Positions 38,258 through 48,220 of a DNA stretch of 64,000 bases are shown here, in pieces (position 1 is the stretch's first letter; each line of letters begins with the position of its first letter). The position numbers and the translations under genes were made by a program. Origin of the DNA: Bacteroidaceae bacterium (lineage in GTDB: Bacteria; Actinomycetota; Coriobacteriia; Coriobacteriales; CADBOM01); assembly GCA_963624975.1 (NCBI GenBank), contig CAVFRF010000046.1:2923-66922 (forward strand). Direction: 5' to 3'. Below the pieces are notes generated by a model. It was not told the origin of the DNA. It did not search any database and saw nothing but the letters and a program-made list of their open reading frames with translations.

Positions 38258-39171
38258 CTGGACCTCCTCGCCTCGATGATCCTATCCCTGCCCGCAAGGT
38301 CGCGCACGACCTCCACGTGGTCGAACCCGATGCCGGCTGCGCTGCGGCATACCTCGCATGCCGCGTCCAGCGTGTCTTCGTCAAGCTCGCAGATCAGATA
38401 GCCTCCCGGCGCCAGATGTCCGGCGCACCCTGCCACTATGCGGCGGAAGGTGTCGAGCCCGTCGGCTCCCCCGTCGAGCGCCGCCATGGGTTCGAAGTCC
38501 ACGACCTCGCGCGGCATCGCCGCGATCTTGGCAGTTGGGATATACGGAGGGTTGGAGAGCACGATGTCGAACATGGCATCCCCCATCGGCTCGAAGAGGT
38601 CGCCCTCGCGGGCATCGACCCTGTCGCCCACGCCCAAGGCGCGAGCATTGTCGGAAGTGAGGGCGACTGCCTCGCTCGAAATGTCGCTGGCCATCACCCG
38701 CACGTGCGCGCATTCGGAAGCCATCGACACCGCGATGGTTCCGCTGCCGCAGCAGAGGTCGGCCACGAGGAGACCGTCGTCGCGTTCGCCCAGCAGCGCG
38801 TTCGCCGCTGCTAGCGCGCGGTCGACCAGCACCTCGGTCTCGGGCCTGGGGATGAAAACGCCGCGCCTGCATTCGAGGTCGGCGAATCGGAATGGAGCCT
38901 TGCCGCAGATGTACTGCACAGGCTCGCCGGCAGCGCGCCTCTCGAGGGCGCCTGCAAGGGTCGCCAGCCCCTGCTCGCCGATCGAAGCATCGGGCCGCAT
39001 GGCCATGTCGCTGGGCGACACGTCGAGCAGGTACCACATGAAGAGCCTTGCGTTCTGCTGCGCCTGCTCGTCGCCGGCCTCGGCCAGAAAGCCGGCGGCT
39101 GCACGAAAGGCCTCGCTCGCAGAGCGCGCCGTGGCAAGCGCCGCCAGAGCCGCGCCTTCGCTAGACTGCAT
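38254..39171 (-). CDS. prmC: Release-factor glutamine N5-methyltransferase PrmC (HemK)
   Basis: 305 aa with a SAM motif (VADLCCGSG) and NPPY (LSNPPYIP). It overlaps both prfA and tsaC. Confidence 0.9.
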   Translation of the reverse strand: MQSSEGAALAALATARSASEAFRAAAGFLAEAGDEQAQQNARLFMWYLLDVSPSDMAMRPDASIGEQGLATLAGALERRAAGEPVQYICGKAPFRFADLECRRGVFIPRPETEVLVDRALAAANALLGERDDGLLVADLCCGSGTIAVSMASECAHVRVMASDISSEAVALTSDNARALGVGDRVDAREGDLFEPMGDAMFDIVLSNPPYIPTAKIAAMPREVVDFEPMAALDGGADGLDTFRRIVAGCAGHLAPGGYLICELDEDTLDAACEVCRSAAGIGFDHVEVVRDLAGRDRIIEARRSR

Positions 39172-40237
39172 CTTCCAGACGCTTCGCGCGGTCGGCAGCC
39201 ACCAGCGCCGTTACCAGCTCCTCGAGGCCGCTGCTGCCCTGCCCGAGCAGCACTCCGTTGTAGGTGCCGTTGTAGCCGATGCGGTGGTCGGTGACCCTGT
39301 CCTGCGGCGCGTTGTAGGTGCGGATCTTCTCCGCCCTGTCGCCCGAGCCGATCTGGCTGCGCCTCTCGGCGCCGATGGCCGCCTGCTGCTCGGCCAGCAT
39401 CTTGTCGTAGATCCTGGCGCGCAGCATCTGCATTGCCACCACCTTGTTCTGCAGCTGCGACTTCTGGTCCTGCGACTGCGCCACTATACCGGTGGGAAGG
39501 TGCGTGATGCGCACGGCGGAGTCGGTGGTGTTCACGCACTGGCCGCCAGGTCCGCTCGCGCGGTACACGTCCACGCGGATGTCGTTCTGGTCGATCTCGA
39601 CCTCCACGTCGTCCACTTCGGGAAGCACGGCCACCGTGGCGGTGGAGGTGTGGATGCGGCCTTGCGACTCGGTCTTGGGCACGCGCTGCACGCGGTGCAC
39701 GCCGCTCTCGAACTTCATGATCGAGTAGACCTTGTCGCCCGAAACCTTGAACGACACTTCCTTGTATCCGCCCGCATCGGACGGAGAGGAGCCGAGCATC
39801 TCGGTCTTCCAGCCGCGATGGTCGGCGAAGCTCGTGTACATCTTGAAGAGGTCGCCAGCGAAGATGGCCGCCTCGTCGCCGCCGGCGCCGGCGCGGATCT
39901 CGACGATGATGTCCTTGTCGTCGTTGGGATCGGAGGGCAGGAGCATGATCTTGATGTCGTCCTCCAGCTCGGCCAGGCTCTTCTCGTTCTCGGCAATTTC
40001 TTCCTGAGCCATGGCCTTCATGTCGGGGTCGTTCTCGGTCTTGAGCAGCTCCTTGGCATACTCGATTTCGTCCAGCGCGTGGATGTACTCCTGCGCCTTC
40101 TTGGCCAGCGGCGCCTGGTTGGCATGCTCCTTGGCCACCTTGGCGTACTCTTTCTGATTGCCCACGACGCTCGGGTCGCCCAGGCGACCTTCAAGCTCTT
40201 CGAATGCCTTTATGATTTTCTCGAGTTTGTCTCGCAT
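39161..40237 (-). CDS. prfA: Peptide chain release factor 1
   Basis: 358 aa with the GGQ motif ([23 protein letters not shown]) and a PxT-type RF1 sequence. Confidence 0.97.
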   Translation of the reverse strand: MRDKLEKIIKAFEELEGRLGDPSVVGNQKEYAKVAKEHANQAPLAKKAQEYIHALDEIEYAKELLKTENDPDMKAMAQEEIAENEKSLAELEDDIKIMLLPSDPNDDKDIIVEIRAGAGGDEAAIFAGDLFKMYTSFADHRGWKTEMLGSSPSDAGGYKEVSFKVSGDKVYSIMKFESGVHRVQRVPKTESQGRIHTSTATVAVLPEVDDVEVEIDQNDIRVDVYRASGPGGQCVNTTDSAVRITHLPTGIVAQSQDQKSQLQNKVVAMQMLRARIYDKMLAEQQAAIGAERRSQIGSGDRAEKIRTYNAPQDRVTDHRIGYNGTYNGVLLGQGSSGLEELVTALVAADRAKRLEDAV

Positions 40238-40325
40238 TTTGCAACTGCTCCTATTGACCCCAAAGCGAACAGAACCGATGATAGCACACGCATATGCTGC
40301 AAAACCGGATGCCTAGGGGATATGG

Positions 40326-41384
40326 ATGCACTTGAAGGATGCCAGCGATAGCCAAACCACCGCTCGCAAGCCAGAAGAGAGACGTGCCGCAGACGACTTG
40401 GCCCGCTGGGGCGATGCCATGCAGCCCGCCACTTTCGCGTTTCCGCTTGCCGCGGCGCTCGTGGTCGGAGGCGTGTGCGGCTACTTCGGAAAGGCCTCGG
40501 CACTCCAGCTGGCGCTCACCGCGCTCACCGCGGTGAGCATGCAGCTCGCAAACAACGTGGCACGGGTCTACGGCGACCGCATCGACCGGCACAGCGCGCA
40601 CACCGAATACTACGAGCGCAAGTTCGCCAAGTACCGCAGCGCGGGTGCCGCGGGCAGGATGGAGGCACCGATGCAGGGAGCCGTGATCGACTCGTCCGCG
40701 ATTCGCCTGCGCGCGATGCTGGCGCTCTCGGCCGCTGCCGCGCTGGTGCTGGGCTACGCGCTGATCGTGTCGTGCATCGGGGCCGGCAACGCCGCGGCCA
40801 GCATGGCGGCGCTCACGTGCCATGTGCTCGCCGTGGGAATCCTGCTGACGAGGTACCTCGGCCCATGGTGCTTCGGCTACCGCACTTATGGCAACATCGT
40901 GCTGTTCGTTCTGCTGGCCGTGTGCTCGGGCGAAAGCCTCCTGCTGCTGATGGGAACGTTCGTGCCGGTGCTGGCCTACCCCGCGCTCGCGCTGGCCTCG
41001 CTCGGCGTGGCCGCGGCCAACATGCGCGACCTCGCATGCGAGAGGCACGACGTGGAGATGTCGCACACGCGCACCCCGAGACGCACCATTCCGCTTTCCG
41101 CAGGGTTCAAGGGAGCTGTGATCTGCCAGGCCGCATTCGAGACGCTCGGCGCGGTGTGGCTGGTGATGTTCCCGGCCGCCGTCGGAGCGGCCAACATCTG
41201 GAACTACGCGTTCGCCATATTCTTCATCCCCATGGCGAGCGACCTCGTGTCTATCCTGCGCGCCAAGCCCGACGACGTCGGGGCGTTGCAGAAGTCGCTG
41301 AGCGTATCGATGCTGTTGCTTGGAGCGGCATTCTTCCTGAGCCTGGCATCGGGCAACATGGCGACGCTGCTGGCGCTCGCCTAG
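40326..41384 (+). CDS. UbiA-superfamily prenyltransferase-like membrane protein (MenA-like, divergent first Asp motif)
   Basis: 352 aa, polytopic. The second motif NMRDLACERHD...RRTIPLSAG aligns with the MenA pattern NxRDxxxDxxxGxxT. The first motif is degenerate (QLANNVARVYGDRID versus ANDYxDxxxGxD). Confidence 0.45.
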   Translation: MHLKDASDSQTTARKPEERRAADDLARWGDAMQPATFAFPLAAALVVGGVCGYFGKASALQLALTALTAVSMQLANNVARVYGDRIDRHSAHTEYYERKFAKYRSAGAAGRMEAPMQGAVIDSSAIRLRAMLALSAAAALVLGYALIVSCIGAGNAAASMAALTCHVLAVGILLTRYLGPWCFGYRTYGNIVLFVLLAVCSGESLLLLMGTFVPVLAYPALALASLGVAAANMRDLACERHDVEMSHTRTPRRTIPLSAGFKGAVICQAAFETLGAVWLVMFPAAVGAANIWNYAFAIFFIPMASDLVSILRAKPDDVGALQKSLSVSMLLLGAAFFLSLASGNMATLLALA

Positions 41385-42724
41385 CGCATGCCGGCGGTCG
41401 TGATGGAAGCCGTGACGACGGACGAAGCTGTCGCGGCATGCGGAGCGCTCGCGGTCACGGCGTCGCCGCTCATTCGCGCGGCGCGGCAAGCGGCCTCCTC
41501 GCAGGCAGGATCGCCCTCGGCAGCCGCAGCTTCCGCAGCCTCCGCACAGCCAGAGCCCTCTCCCGCTGCTGCGGCGGCCTCCGCCTCTTCACGCGCAAGC
41601 ACCGCCTTCATGGCGGCTATGGCGCACTCGAGCATCGACTCGTCAGGCTCGGCCGTGGTGAGCTTCTGCATCTGCAGGCCCGGCCACAGCACCACCTTCA
41701 CCAGCTTCTTCTCCGGGTGCGCGCCCGCCCACTTGACCGTAAGCTCGTAGCCCAGACCTGCCACCACCGGCACCAGCACGATGCGCGAAAGCACGATCAC
41801 GGCGAACTGCCCGGGTCCCGCCTCGAGTCCCATCGCCAGGCAGACCTCTTTGATGGGCGCAAACGAGAACACGATGATGGCCAATATGAGCGTCATTATC
41901 AGAAACGCGGTGCCGCACCTCACGTGCAGGGTGGTGAACTGCGCGGCGTTTTGCGGAGTAAGTTCGAGACCGTGCTCGAAGCAGTGGATGGTCTTGTGCT
42001 CGGCGCCGTGGTACATGTACATGCGCTTGATGTCTTTCATGAACGAGATGCCCCACACATACAGGATGAAGATGGCCACGCGCACGATGCCGTCCACGAT
42101 GTTCCACACGATGGGGTTGGAGTTGTAGTCGCCCACCACGAGGTTGGTGAGAAATGCCGGCAGCATGATGAACGCCGCAAGGCCCAGCGCAACTCCCAGC
42201 ACGGTGCCCAGGATGAGCACGCCCTTGCTTTCGGGATCGCCGCCTTCGGCAGACGCGGCTTCAGCAGCAGCGCCGGTCGCAGGCGCATCAACCTGCGCAT
42301 CGCCCGGCGCGTCGGCAAGCAGGACCTCCGCAGGATCCGCCTCGCTGGTAACGGTGAGCGAATCGAGCGCGGCCTGGACATCGTCCTGCGAGCCGCCGTC
42401 GCTCTCCTCCTCGTTCTCGAAGTCGAAGGCGTTGTCGGCTGCAATCTCGAGCGCCTTGTAGCCTAAAACCAGCGACTCCACGAGCGCGCGGCACCCGCGA
42501 ACCACGGGCCAGTACAGCCACTTGTGCTTGTCGGGACGCGTGGGCAAGTCGTGTTCTTCGATGTAGATGCCGCCGTCGGGGGTCCTCACCGCGGCAGCCC
42601 AGTTGTACTTGCCGCGCATCATCACGCCCTCGATGAGCGCCTGCCCGCCGATGTGGGTCTGGCACAGCACGCCCTCGGTGTCTTGCGCCCTCTTTATGTC
42701 GCTTGCCTGCTTGCTTCGGGACAT
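41381..42724 (-). CDS. DUF1385 (YqhQ-like) membrane protein with Ala-rich C-terminal tail
   Basis: 447 aa from ATG 42724 (the track ORF extends into thyX). It has the hallmark IGGQALIEGVMMRG, TM segments, and a C-terminal tail of about 70 aa rich in A/E. Confidence 0.8.
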   Translation of the reverse strand: MSRSKQASDIKRAQDTEGVLCQTHIGGQALIEGVMMRGKYNWAAAVRTPDGGIYIEEHDLPTRPDKHKWLYWPVVRGCRALVESLVLGYKALEIAADNAFDFENEEESDGGSQDDVQAALDSLTVTSEADPAEVLLADAPGDAQVDAPATGAAAEAASAEGGDPESKGVLILGTVLGVALGLAAFIMLPAFLTNLVVGDYNSNPIVWNIVDGIVRVAIFILYVWGISFMKDIKRMYMYHGAEHKTIHCFEHGLELTPQNAAQFTTLHVRCGTAFLIMTLILAIIVFSFAPIKEVCLAMGLEAGPGQFAVIVLSRIVLVPVVAGLGYELTVKWAGAHPEKKLVKVVLWPGLQMQKLTTAEPDESMLECAIAAMKAVLAREEAEAAAAAGEGSGCAEAAEAAAAEGDPACEEAACRAARMSGDAVTASAPHAATASSVVTASITTAGMR

Positions 42725-42753
42725 GTTGGTGAGCAAACTCTCTGTCGCAGCGG

Positions 42754-43446
42754 CTAGCCGCGCGAAACCTTCTCGAACGGATGACCGCACGACATGCGGC
42801 CCTCGGGGCATCCGGTGCGCACGCAGGGCGCTCCGGCATCCATGAAGATGAACGGCGCCGTGGGCCTTGCCAGCTCCAGCATGCGGTCGGCCAGCTCGCG
42901 AATCTCCCACTGGGCCCTGTTGCAGCAGCGCACCTCGAAGAAGTGCAGCAGCTCGCGGATGTTCATGGTCACCACGATCTTGGTCTCGCAGGCGTTGGGC
43001 AGCACGTAGCGCGCGTCCTCGGCGGGCACTCCGGCCTCGGCCAGCCTGCGGTAGGCATCGTAGGACGCGGCCATGGCCTCGTCGAAGATCGCCCTGAGCT
43101 TGGGGTCGGCGTTCACCGTGTCGGGCACCACCACGTTGGGAGCCTCGTCGAAGCGCACGTAGCGCTGCGACTGCTGGTTGAAGCTCGCAAGTCGATGCCT
43201 CACGAGCTGGTGGGTGAGCGCACGGCTCACGCCATCTATGGCGAAGGTGTAGGAGGCGTGCTCGAGCGTCGAGTGATGACCGGAGGCCAGAATCGTCGAC
43301 AGCACCTTGTGCACGGCCTCGTCCGACATCTTCTCGTTAAGCTCTGCCGCGCCCACCGGCGAATAGCAGAGCCTGGCCGCAGTGGCCACGACCCTCTCGG
43401 GGTCTTGAGTGTGATAGAGAAGCTCGACGTTCATGCTGTGCACCAT
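42754..43446 (-). CDS. thyX: FAD-dependent thymidylate synthase ThyX
   Basis: 230 aa with the ThyX signature RHRLASFNQQSQRY (RHRxxSxxxxSxR). Confidence 0.95.
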   Translation of the reverse strand: MVHSMNVELLYHTQDPERVVATAARLCYSPVGAAELNEKMSDEAVHKVLSTILASGHHSTLEHASYTFAIDGVSRALTHQLVRHRLASFNQQSQRYVRFDEAPNVVVPDTVNADPKLRAIFDEAMAASYDAYRRLAEAGVPAEDARYVLPNACETKIVVTMNIRELLHFFEVRCCNRAQWEIRELADRMLELARPTAPFIFMDAGAPCVRTGCPEGRMSCGHPFEKVSRG

Positions 43447-43571
43447 CCTCCCTGGTATAGCGGGCCCGGCGCCGCCGCACGGCTCGAAACCCGCTCACAT
43501 ACACAGATAGCCGCGACGGGATTCCAAACTCCCATGTCGCGGCTATCTGAGCTAGCTCAACTTGGAAAACG

Positions 43572-44039
43572 CTACTCGGCGGCTTCCTCGGCTGCGACCT
43601 CCTCGGCAGGAGCGGCCTCCTCTGCGGGAGCCTCCTCGGCGGGAGCAGCAGCGGCAGCCTCGGCAGCTGCAGCAGCAGCGGCGGCTTCCTCGGCAGCGGC
43701 CTTCTTGGCGTACTCCTCGGCCCTCTTGGCCTTGGCAGCGGCCTTGGCCTCGCGTGCAGCCTTGGCCTCGGCCTCTGCAGCTGCAACAGCCTCGGCCTTG
43801 GCGGCCTTCTTGGCCTGCTCGCGCTCGAACACTGCAGCCGAAGCCGAACCGTACTTGTCGGAGAAGCGCTGGACGCGTCCGCCGGTGTCCACGAACTTCT
43901 GCTGGCCGGTGTAGAACGGGTGGCACTTGTTGCACAGGTCGATGCGAAGCTCCGACTTGGTGGAACGCGTGGTGAACGTGTTGCCGCAGGAGCACTTGAC
44001 GGTGCACTCTACGTATTCGGGATGGATATCCTTCTTCAT
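43572..44039 (-). CDS. rpmE: 50S ribosomal protein L31 (Zn-ribbon type) with ~85-aa Ala/Glu/Lys-rich C-terminal extension
   Basis: The N-terminal 70 aa ([22 protein letters not shown]...[29 protein letters not shown]) are canonical L31. The ORF continues for 85 more residues of AEK-rich low complexity before the first stop. Confidence 0.9.
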   Translation of the reverse strand: MKKDIHPEYVECTVKCSCGNTFTTRSTKSELRIDLCNKCHPFYTGQQKFVDTGGRVQRFSDKYGSASAAVFEREQAKKAAKAEAVAAAEAEAKAAREAKAAAKAKRAEEYAKKAAAEEAAAAAAAAEAAAAAPAEEAPAEEAAPAEEVAAEEAAE

Positions 44040-44182
44040 GTTTCTAACTCCTTATGGTGAGACCTTGGTTTCCGACCAAGGCAAATTAAGCTTGAACAGA
44101 ATACCACTAGGCAGCCGGCGAGGCACTATCCCGCCTCGAATGCGGCCACGACTCATCCCCCAGCGGTCGCCCAGCACGCCCA

Positions 44183-44227
44183 CAAAACGTGCAGATGCCC
44201 CGTGCAGCCTGGCTGCGACGGGGCATC
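44183..44227 (-). terminator. Probable terminator after the second ABC transporter operon
   Basis: 10-bp stem GATGCCCCGT (44194-44203) and ACGGGGCATC (44218-44227). On the minus strand it is followed, after a few nt, by TTTTG. Confidence 0.4.
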
Positions 44228-44282
44228 ACGGGGTAGCAGGTCGTATCGCTGCGCGCAGGCGCGAACGCTTTGCGCGACAGGC

Positions 44283-45149
44283 CTACTTGCCGGGCTCGAC
44301 TACCAGCGTATCCTCGTAGTCGGCGCCGTAGGTAGCGAGCAGGGTCTTCTCGTAGTCGGTGTGGAAGAAGTTCTCGGCACCAAGCTTGGCCATGTCCTCG
44401 TTGATCCACTCCAGCAGGGTGGTGTTGCCCTTCGTCACGGCAGGCGCGATGGTGTCGGCATCGCCCAGAGTCTCGATGCCCACCACGTACTCGCCGGCGG
44501 TCGCCTGGTTGGCGAATGCGATCACCTCGGTGTTGTCGTTGGCCCACACCGCGTCGGCGTTGTTCTCGAAGGCCGACTTGGCGGCCGCGTAGGTGTCGTA
44601 CTTCTCGAGCGTAAGCTCGGGGTTGTGCTCGGTGAGGTAGGTCTCGGCGGTGGTGCCCGAGATCACGATGACCTTGCGGTCGCCGACCTGGCTGAGGTCG
44701 GTTACCACGTGGTCCTTATGCGACACCACGCCCAGCGCCACGTTCATGTATGCAGAGGCGAAGTCGACTGCCTCGGCACGCTCGGGGGTGATGGTGAAGT
44801 TGGCCAGGATCACGTCGACCTTGGCGGTCTGCAGGTACTCCACGCGGTTGGCGGCCTCGGTAGAAACGAACTCGACCTCGACGCCCAGGTCCTCGCCCAG
44901 GCGCTTGGCCAGCTCGATGTCGTATCCCTGATAGTCGCCGTTCTCGTCAACGTAGCCGAACGGGCTCTTGTCGCTGAACACTCCGATCGTGATCTTGCCG
45001 CTCTCCTTGATCTGGTCGAGCGTGCGGAAAGATCCGCCTGTCGAGCTGCTGCTGGAACCGCAACCAGACAGCATCATCACGCTTCCAAACGCCATGACCG
45101 CTGCCAGCGCCAGAACGAGCAGGAACTTCGAAGTCTTGAACTTAGTCAT
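44283..45149 (-). CDS. Polar amino-acid ABC transporter substrate-binding lipoprotein
   Basis: 288 aa with a lipobox (MMLSGCGSS) and a family-3 SBP body (ITIGVFSDKSPFGYVD..., DVILANFTITPERA). Confidence 0.85.
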   Translation of the reverse strand: MTKFKTSKFLLVLALAAVMAFGSVMMLSGCGSSSSSTGGSFRTLDQIKESGKITIGVFSDKSPFGYVDENGDYQGYDIELAKRLGEDLGVEVEFVSTEAANRVEYLQTAKVDVILANFTITPERAEAVDFASAYMNVALGVVSHKDHVVTDLSQVGDRKVIVISGTTAETYLTEHNPELTLEKYDTYAAAKSAFENNADAVWANDNTEVIAFANQATAGEYVVGIETLGDADTIAPAVTKGNTTLLEWINEDMAKLGAENFFHTDYEKTLLATYGADYEDTLVVEPGK

Positions 45150-45306
45150 CTCACTCTCCTTGCAACAATCCCCCTCCAGGGAATTTCCAATGCAGAACAG
45201 TAAAGACTTTAAGTCCTACTAAGTCAATAGGAATTCTAGTTTTTGATGAGCGGCACCGCCGAGCGGGCACATCGGCGTCCAGGCGCTGAGCGCAAGCAGC
45301 GCGACC

Positions 45307-46122
45307 CTATGCGTCGTGGTGGCGCACCGCGTCGAACTCGAAGGTGTTGAGGAACTTCTTGGCGCGGTCGGTCGCAGGCGAGTCGAAGAACCTCTCGGGA
45401 ATGTCCTGCTCCACGATGCCGCCGTCGTCGAAGAACAGCACCCTGTCGGCCACGGCTCGGGCGAACTGCATCTCGTGCGTCACGATGATCATGGTCTTGC
45501 CCTCTTTGGCCAGCCCCAGGATCACGTCGAGCACCTCGCGCACCATCTCGGGGTCGAGCGCCGCCGTGACCTCGTCGAGCAGCAGCACCTCCGGCTCCAT
45601 CGCCATGGCGCGGGCGATCGCCACGCGCTGCTTCTGCCCGCCCGAGAGCTGTCGGGGGAAACTGTCCTCCTTGTCGGCAAGCCCCACGCGGTCGAGCAGC
45701 GCACGAGCGGTGGCCTGCGCCTCCTCCTTCGACTTGCCCAGCACGCGCACGGGCGCGAGCGTGATGTTGTCGATCACCGTCATGTGCGGAAACAGGTCGT
45801 AGCTCTGAAACACCATGCCCACCTTCTGGCGCAGCTTGGAGAGGTCGACTCCCTCGCCCGACACCACCTTTCCGTCGAGCTTGATGGTGCCGCCCTGGAT
45901 GGGTTCGAGCGCGTTGATGCAGCGCAGGAACGTGGACTTGCCGCAGCCCGACGGGCCGATGACCACGATCACCTCGCCCCTGGCCACGTCGAGGTTGATG
46001 TCTTCGAGCACGACGTTGCCGTCGTAGGCCTTCTTCAGATGCTCGACGGAAAGCAGCGGCGCTTCGGCCGTTTCGTTCATGGTGTCGGTATCGCTCATGG
46101 TGTCGCTCATGATCAGCTCCAT
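45307..46122 (-). CDS. Polar amino-acid ABC transporter ATP-binding protein
   Basis: 271 aa with Walker A (GPSGCGKST), LSGGQKQR and [11 protein letters not shown]. Confidence 0.9.
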   Translation of the reverse strand: MELIMSDTMSDTDTMNETAEAPLLSVEHLKKAYDGNVVLEDINLDVARGEVIVVIGPSGCGKSTFLRCINALEPIQGGTIKLDGKVVSGEGVDLSKLRQKVGMVFQSYDLFPHMTVIDNITLAPVRVLGKSKEEAQATARALLDRVGLADKEDSFPRQLSGGQKQRVAIARAMAMEPEVLLLDEVTAALDPEMVREVLDVILGLAKEGKTMIIVTHEMQFARAVADRVLFFDDGGIVEQDIPERFFDSPATDRAKKFLNTFEFDAVRHHDA

Positions 46123-46787
46123 TTTTTCTCAAGATGGGTAGCCAGCATGCTGATGGGCCAGCACACCAGGAAGTACAGAAGCATTATGGTGCCGTAGATG
46201 CCGAACACGGCGTTGGGCGAGGTCATCCTGTTGGCCTCGATGATCTGCTGCCCGACCTTCATCACCTCTATAACGCCAATCATGAGCAGCAGGCTCGTGG
46301 TCTTGACCATGCGGGTGATGAGGTTGATGGACGTGGGGATCAGGCGCCTCACGGCCTGCGGGATGATCACGTAGCGGTACACGTCGGCGCGCGACAGGCC
46401 CAGCGCCTCGGCGCTCTCGTACTGGTGCGGCGGAATGCTGGTGAGCGCGCCTCGCACGAGGTCGCCCATCTCGCCCGTGCCCCAGAATGTGAACACGATC
46501 ACCGACGACAGCTCGGCCGACAGGTTGATGCCCAGCACGCGCGTGGCTCCGAAGAACACGATGTAGAGCAGCACCAGCTGCGGCATGATGCGCACTATCT
46601 CGAGGTAGATGCGCGAGATGACCTTGGCCACGATGTTGTCCCACGTCATGAAGATGCCGAAGAGCATGCCCAGCACGATGCTCAGCACCACCGATATGGC
46701 GCTGATCTGCACCGCCACCCACAGCCCTTGGAGAAGGCGCGCGGCGTTCGAACCCATGAAGAGGACATCAAGCCCCAAAGCTTCCAT
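46113..46787 (-). CDS. Polar amino-acid ABC transporter permease (second of two)
   Basis: 224 aa with the EAA-like loop (YESAEALGLSRADVYRYVIIPQA). Confidence 0.85.
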   Translation of the reverse strand: MEALGLDVLFMGSNAARLLQGLWVAVQISAISVVLSIVLGMLFGIFMTWDNIVAKVISRIYLEIVRIMPQLVLLYIVFFGATRVLGINLSAELSSVIVFTFWGTGEMGDLVRGALTSIPPHQYESAEALGLSRADVYRYVIIPQAVRRLIPTSINLITRMVKTTSLLLMIGVIEVMKVGQQIIEANRMTSPNAVFGIYGTIMLLYFLVCWPISMLATHLEKKWS

Positions 46788-47427
46788 AGCGCATCCTCCT
46801 CTCCAGGTACGAGCCGATGAGCGACACCGGCACCAGGATAGCCAGGTAGAACAGCACCAGCATCACGAGGCACTCCGTGGTCTTGTAGTAGAGGCCCATG
46901 AGGTCCTTGGTCACGAACATGAGGTCCATGAGGCTGATGGCGCTGAACACGCTGGTTTCCTTGAGCAGGAATATCACGTTGGCCACGAACGACGGCATGC
47001 TCAGCGACACCGCCTGCGGCAAGATCACGAAGCGCATGGCCTGCAGCTTGGTGAGCCCCAACGCCGCGGCGCTCTCGTGCTGGATGGTGTCGACCGACTC
47101 GAGGCCGCTGCGAAACGACTCCGCCATGTAGGCGCCGCCGTGCAGGGCGAGGCCGATCATTCCGCAAAGCTCGGGCGTGATGCTCGCGCCCAGCCTGGGC
47201 AGGCCGAAGTAGAAGAAGAACAGCTGGATCAGCAACGGGGTGTTGCGGAACAGCTCGATGTACACGCGGCAGATCTGGCGGAGCACCGGTATGCGAAAAT
47301 GCACGATCATGGCCACGACCAGTCCGATGACGATAGATCCCGCAATGCCTATCCAGCCAATGCTCAACGTCAGCAGCGCAGCATCCCAGAAAAGCGGGAA
47401 GTATTGCGCCATGGCGTCAAAATTCAA
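46768..47427 (-). CDS. Polar amino-acid ABC transporter permease (first of two)
   Basis: Permease body with HESAAALGLTKLQAMRFVILPQA. The start is set at TTG 47427 (GGAGAAGGGG 6 nt upstream), with ATG 47412 as an alternative. The track ORF, extended to 47583, is Arg/Pro-rich and unlikely to be real. Confidence 0.8.
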   Translation of the reverse strand: MNFDAMAQYFPLFWDAALLTLSIGWIGIAGSIVIGLVVAMIVHFRIPVLRQICRVYIELFRNTPLLIQLFFFYFGLPRLGASITPELCGMIGLALHGGAYMAESFRSGLESVDTIQHESAAALGLTKLQAMRFVILPQAVSLSMPSFVANVIFLLKETSVFSAISLMDLMFVTKDLMGLYYKTTECLVMLVLFYLAILVPVSLIGSYLERRMRYGSFGA

Positions 47428-47681
47428 TTCGTACCCCTTCTCCAATACACGTTGTTCGAGCGACCCGATGCCTTCGCGCGTGGCGCGAGGTGAGGCGCGA
47501 AGCACGCGCCTTGCGGCAGGGTCACGAACGCATGCGCATCTGGCACGCGGGCGCGGCGGCGCCAGCATGCGAAATTCGCACACCGGTTCACATTAGCAGC
47601 TTTTGCTCGCGTTATGCGCGAGTAGTCCCGTATTCAGCGCAAGCACTACGGGAGTGGGAGGGCACTAATCGGGGCAGCGCA

Positions 47682-47716
47682 TAAAAAAGCCCGCCGGGTG
47701 GCGGGCTTTTGCTTTT
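47682..47716 (-). terminator. Rho-independent terminator downstream of tRNA-His (bidirectional shape)
   Basis: Stem AAGCCCGCC (47687-47695) and GGCGGGCTT (47700-47708) with loop GGGT. There is an A6 run on the plus side (a U-run for the minus transcript) and TTTT on the other side. Confidence 0.75.
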
Positions 47717-47719
47717 GTA

Positions 47720-47796
47720 TGGGGTGGGTGAAGGGGCTCGAACCCTCGACCTACGGAGCCACAGTCCGTCGCTCTGCCAATTGAGCTACACCCACC
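47720..47796 (-). tRNA. tRNA-His (anticodon GTG)
   Basis: Hand-folded: an extra G-1 paired to C73, acceptor GTGGGTG, anticodon loop CTGTGGC, T-arm GGTTCGAGCCC, encoded CCA. Confidence 0.9.
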
Positions 47797-47953
47797 ATCT
47801 CGTGCGCAACTCGGAGTTGCGAGTTGCTAGTATACCATCTTCTGCCGTCGGGGCAACGCCTATGTGCATAAATCGCGGTGGATAGCATCGGCCAGCGTTA
47901 TTGGAGCGTTGCAAGCCCACCGTCGCGCGTCCGCGCGAGCGCGAACGTTGGCC

Positions 47954-48220
47954 CTAGCCGCGCAGGCCGGGGTTCTTCTCCAAGTGCTCGGTGAGGGCGT
48001 TGTGCAGCGACACCAGCTGGTTGTGCGACAAGATCACGCGCGACACCAGATACGAGGGCGCCTTGCTGTCGGGGCTGGGCGAATGGTCGTTGTAGATGAA
48101 GTCGATGCGCGACTCCGACGGGGTCGAGGCGATGATCGACATGTTGGCGTACACGCCGCGCAGGTCTTCGGGCCTGGCGGTGATGTTGAGGTTCGCGGGT
48201 TTGGGGTTCTGGTCGGGCAT
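47954..48220 (-). CDS. DUF3467 domain-containing protein
   Basis: 88 aa from ATG 48220 (GGAAGGAG RBS). The segment LRGVYANMSIIASTPSESRIDFIY resembles the DUF3467 core (GvYAN...s..EF.lDF). Confidence 0.6.
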   Translation of the reverse strand: MPDQNPKPANLNITARPEDLRGVYANMSIIASTPSESRIDFIYNDHSPSPDSKAPSYLVSRVILSHNQLVSLHNALTEHLEKNPGLRG

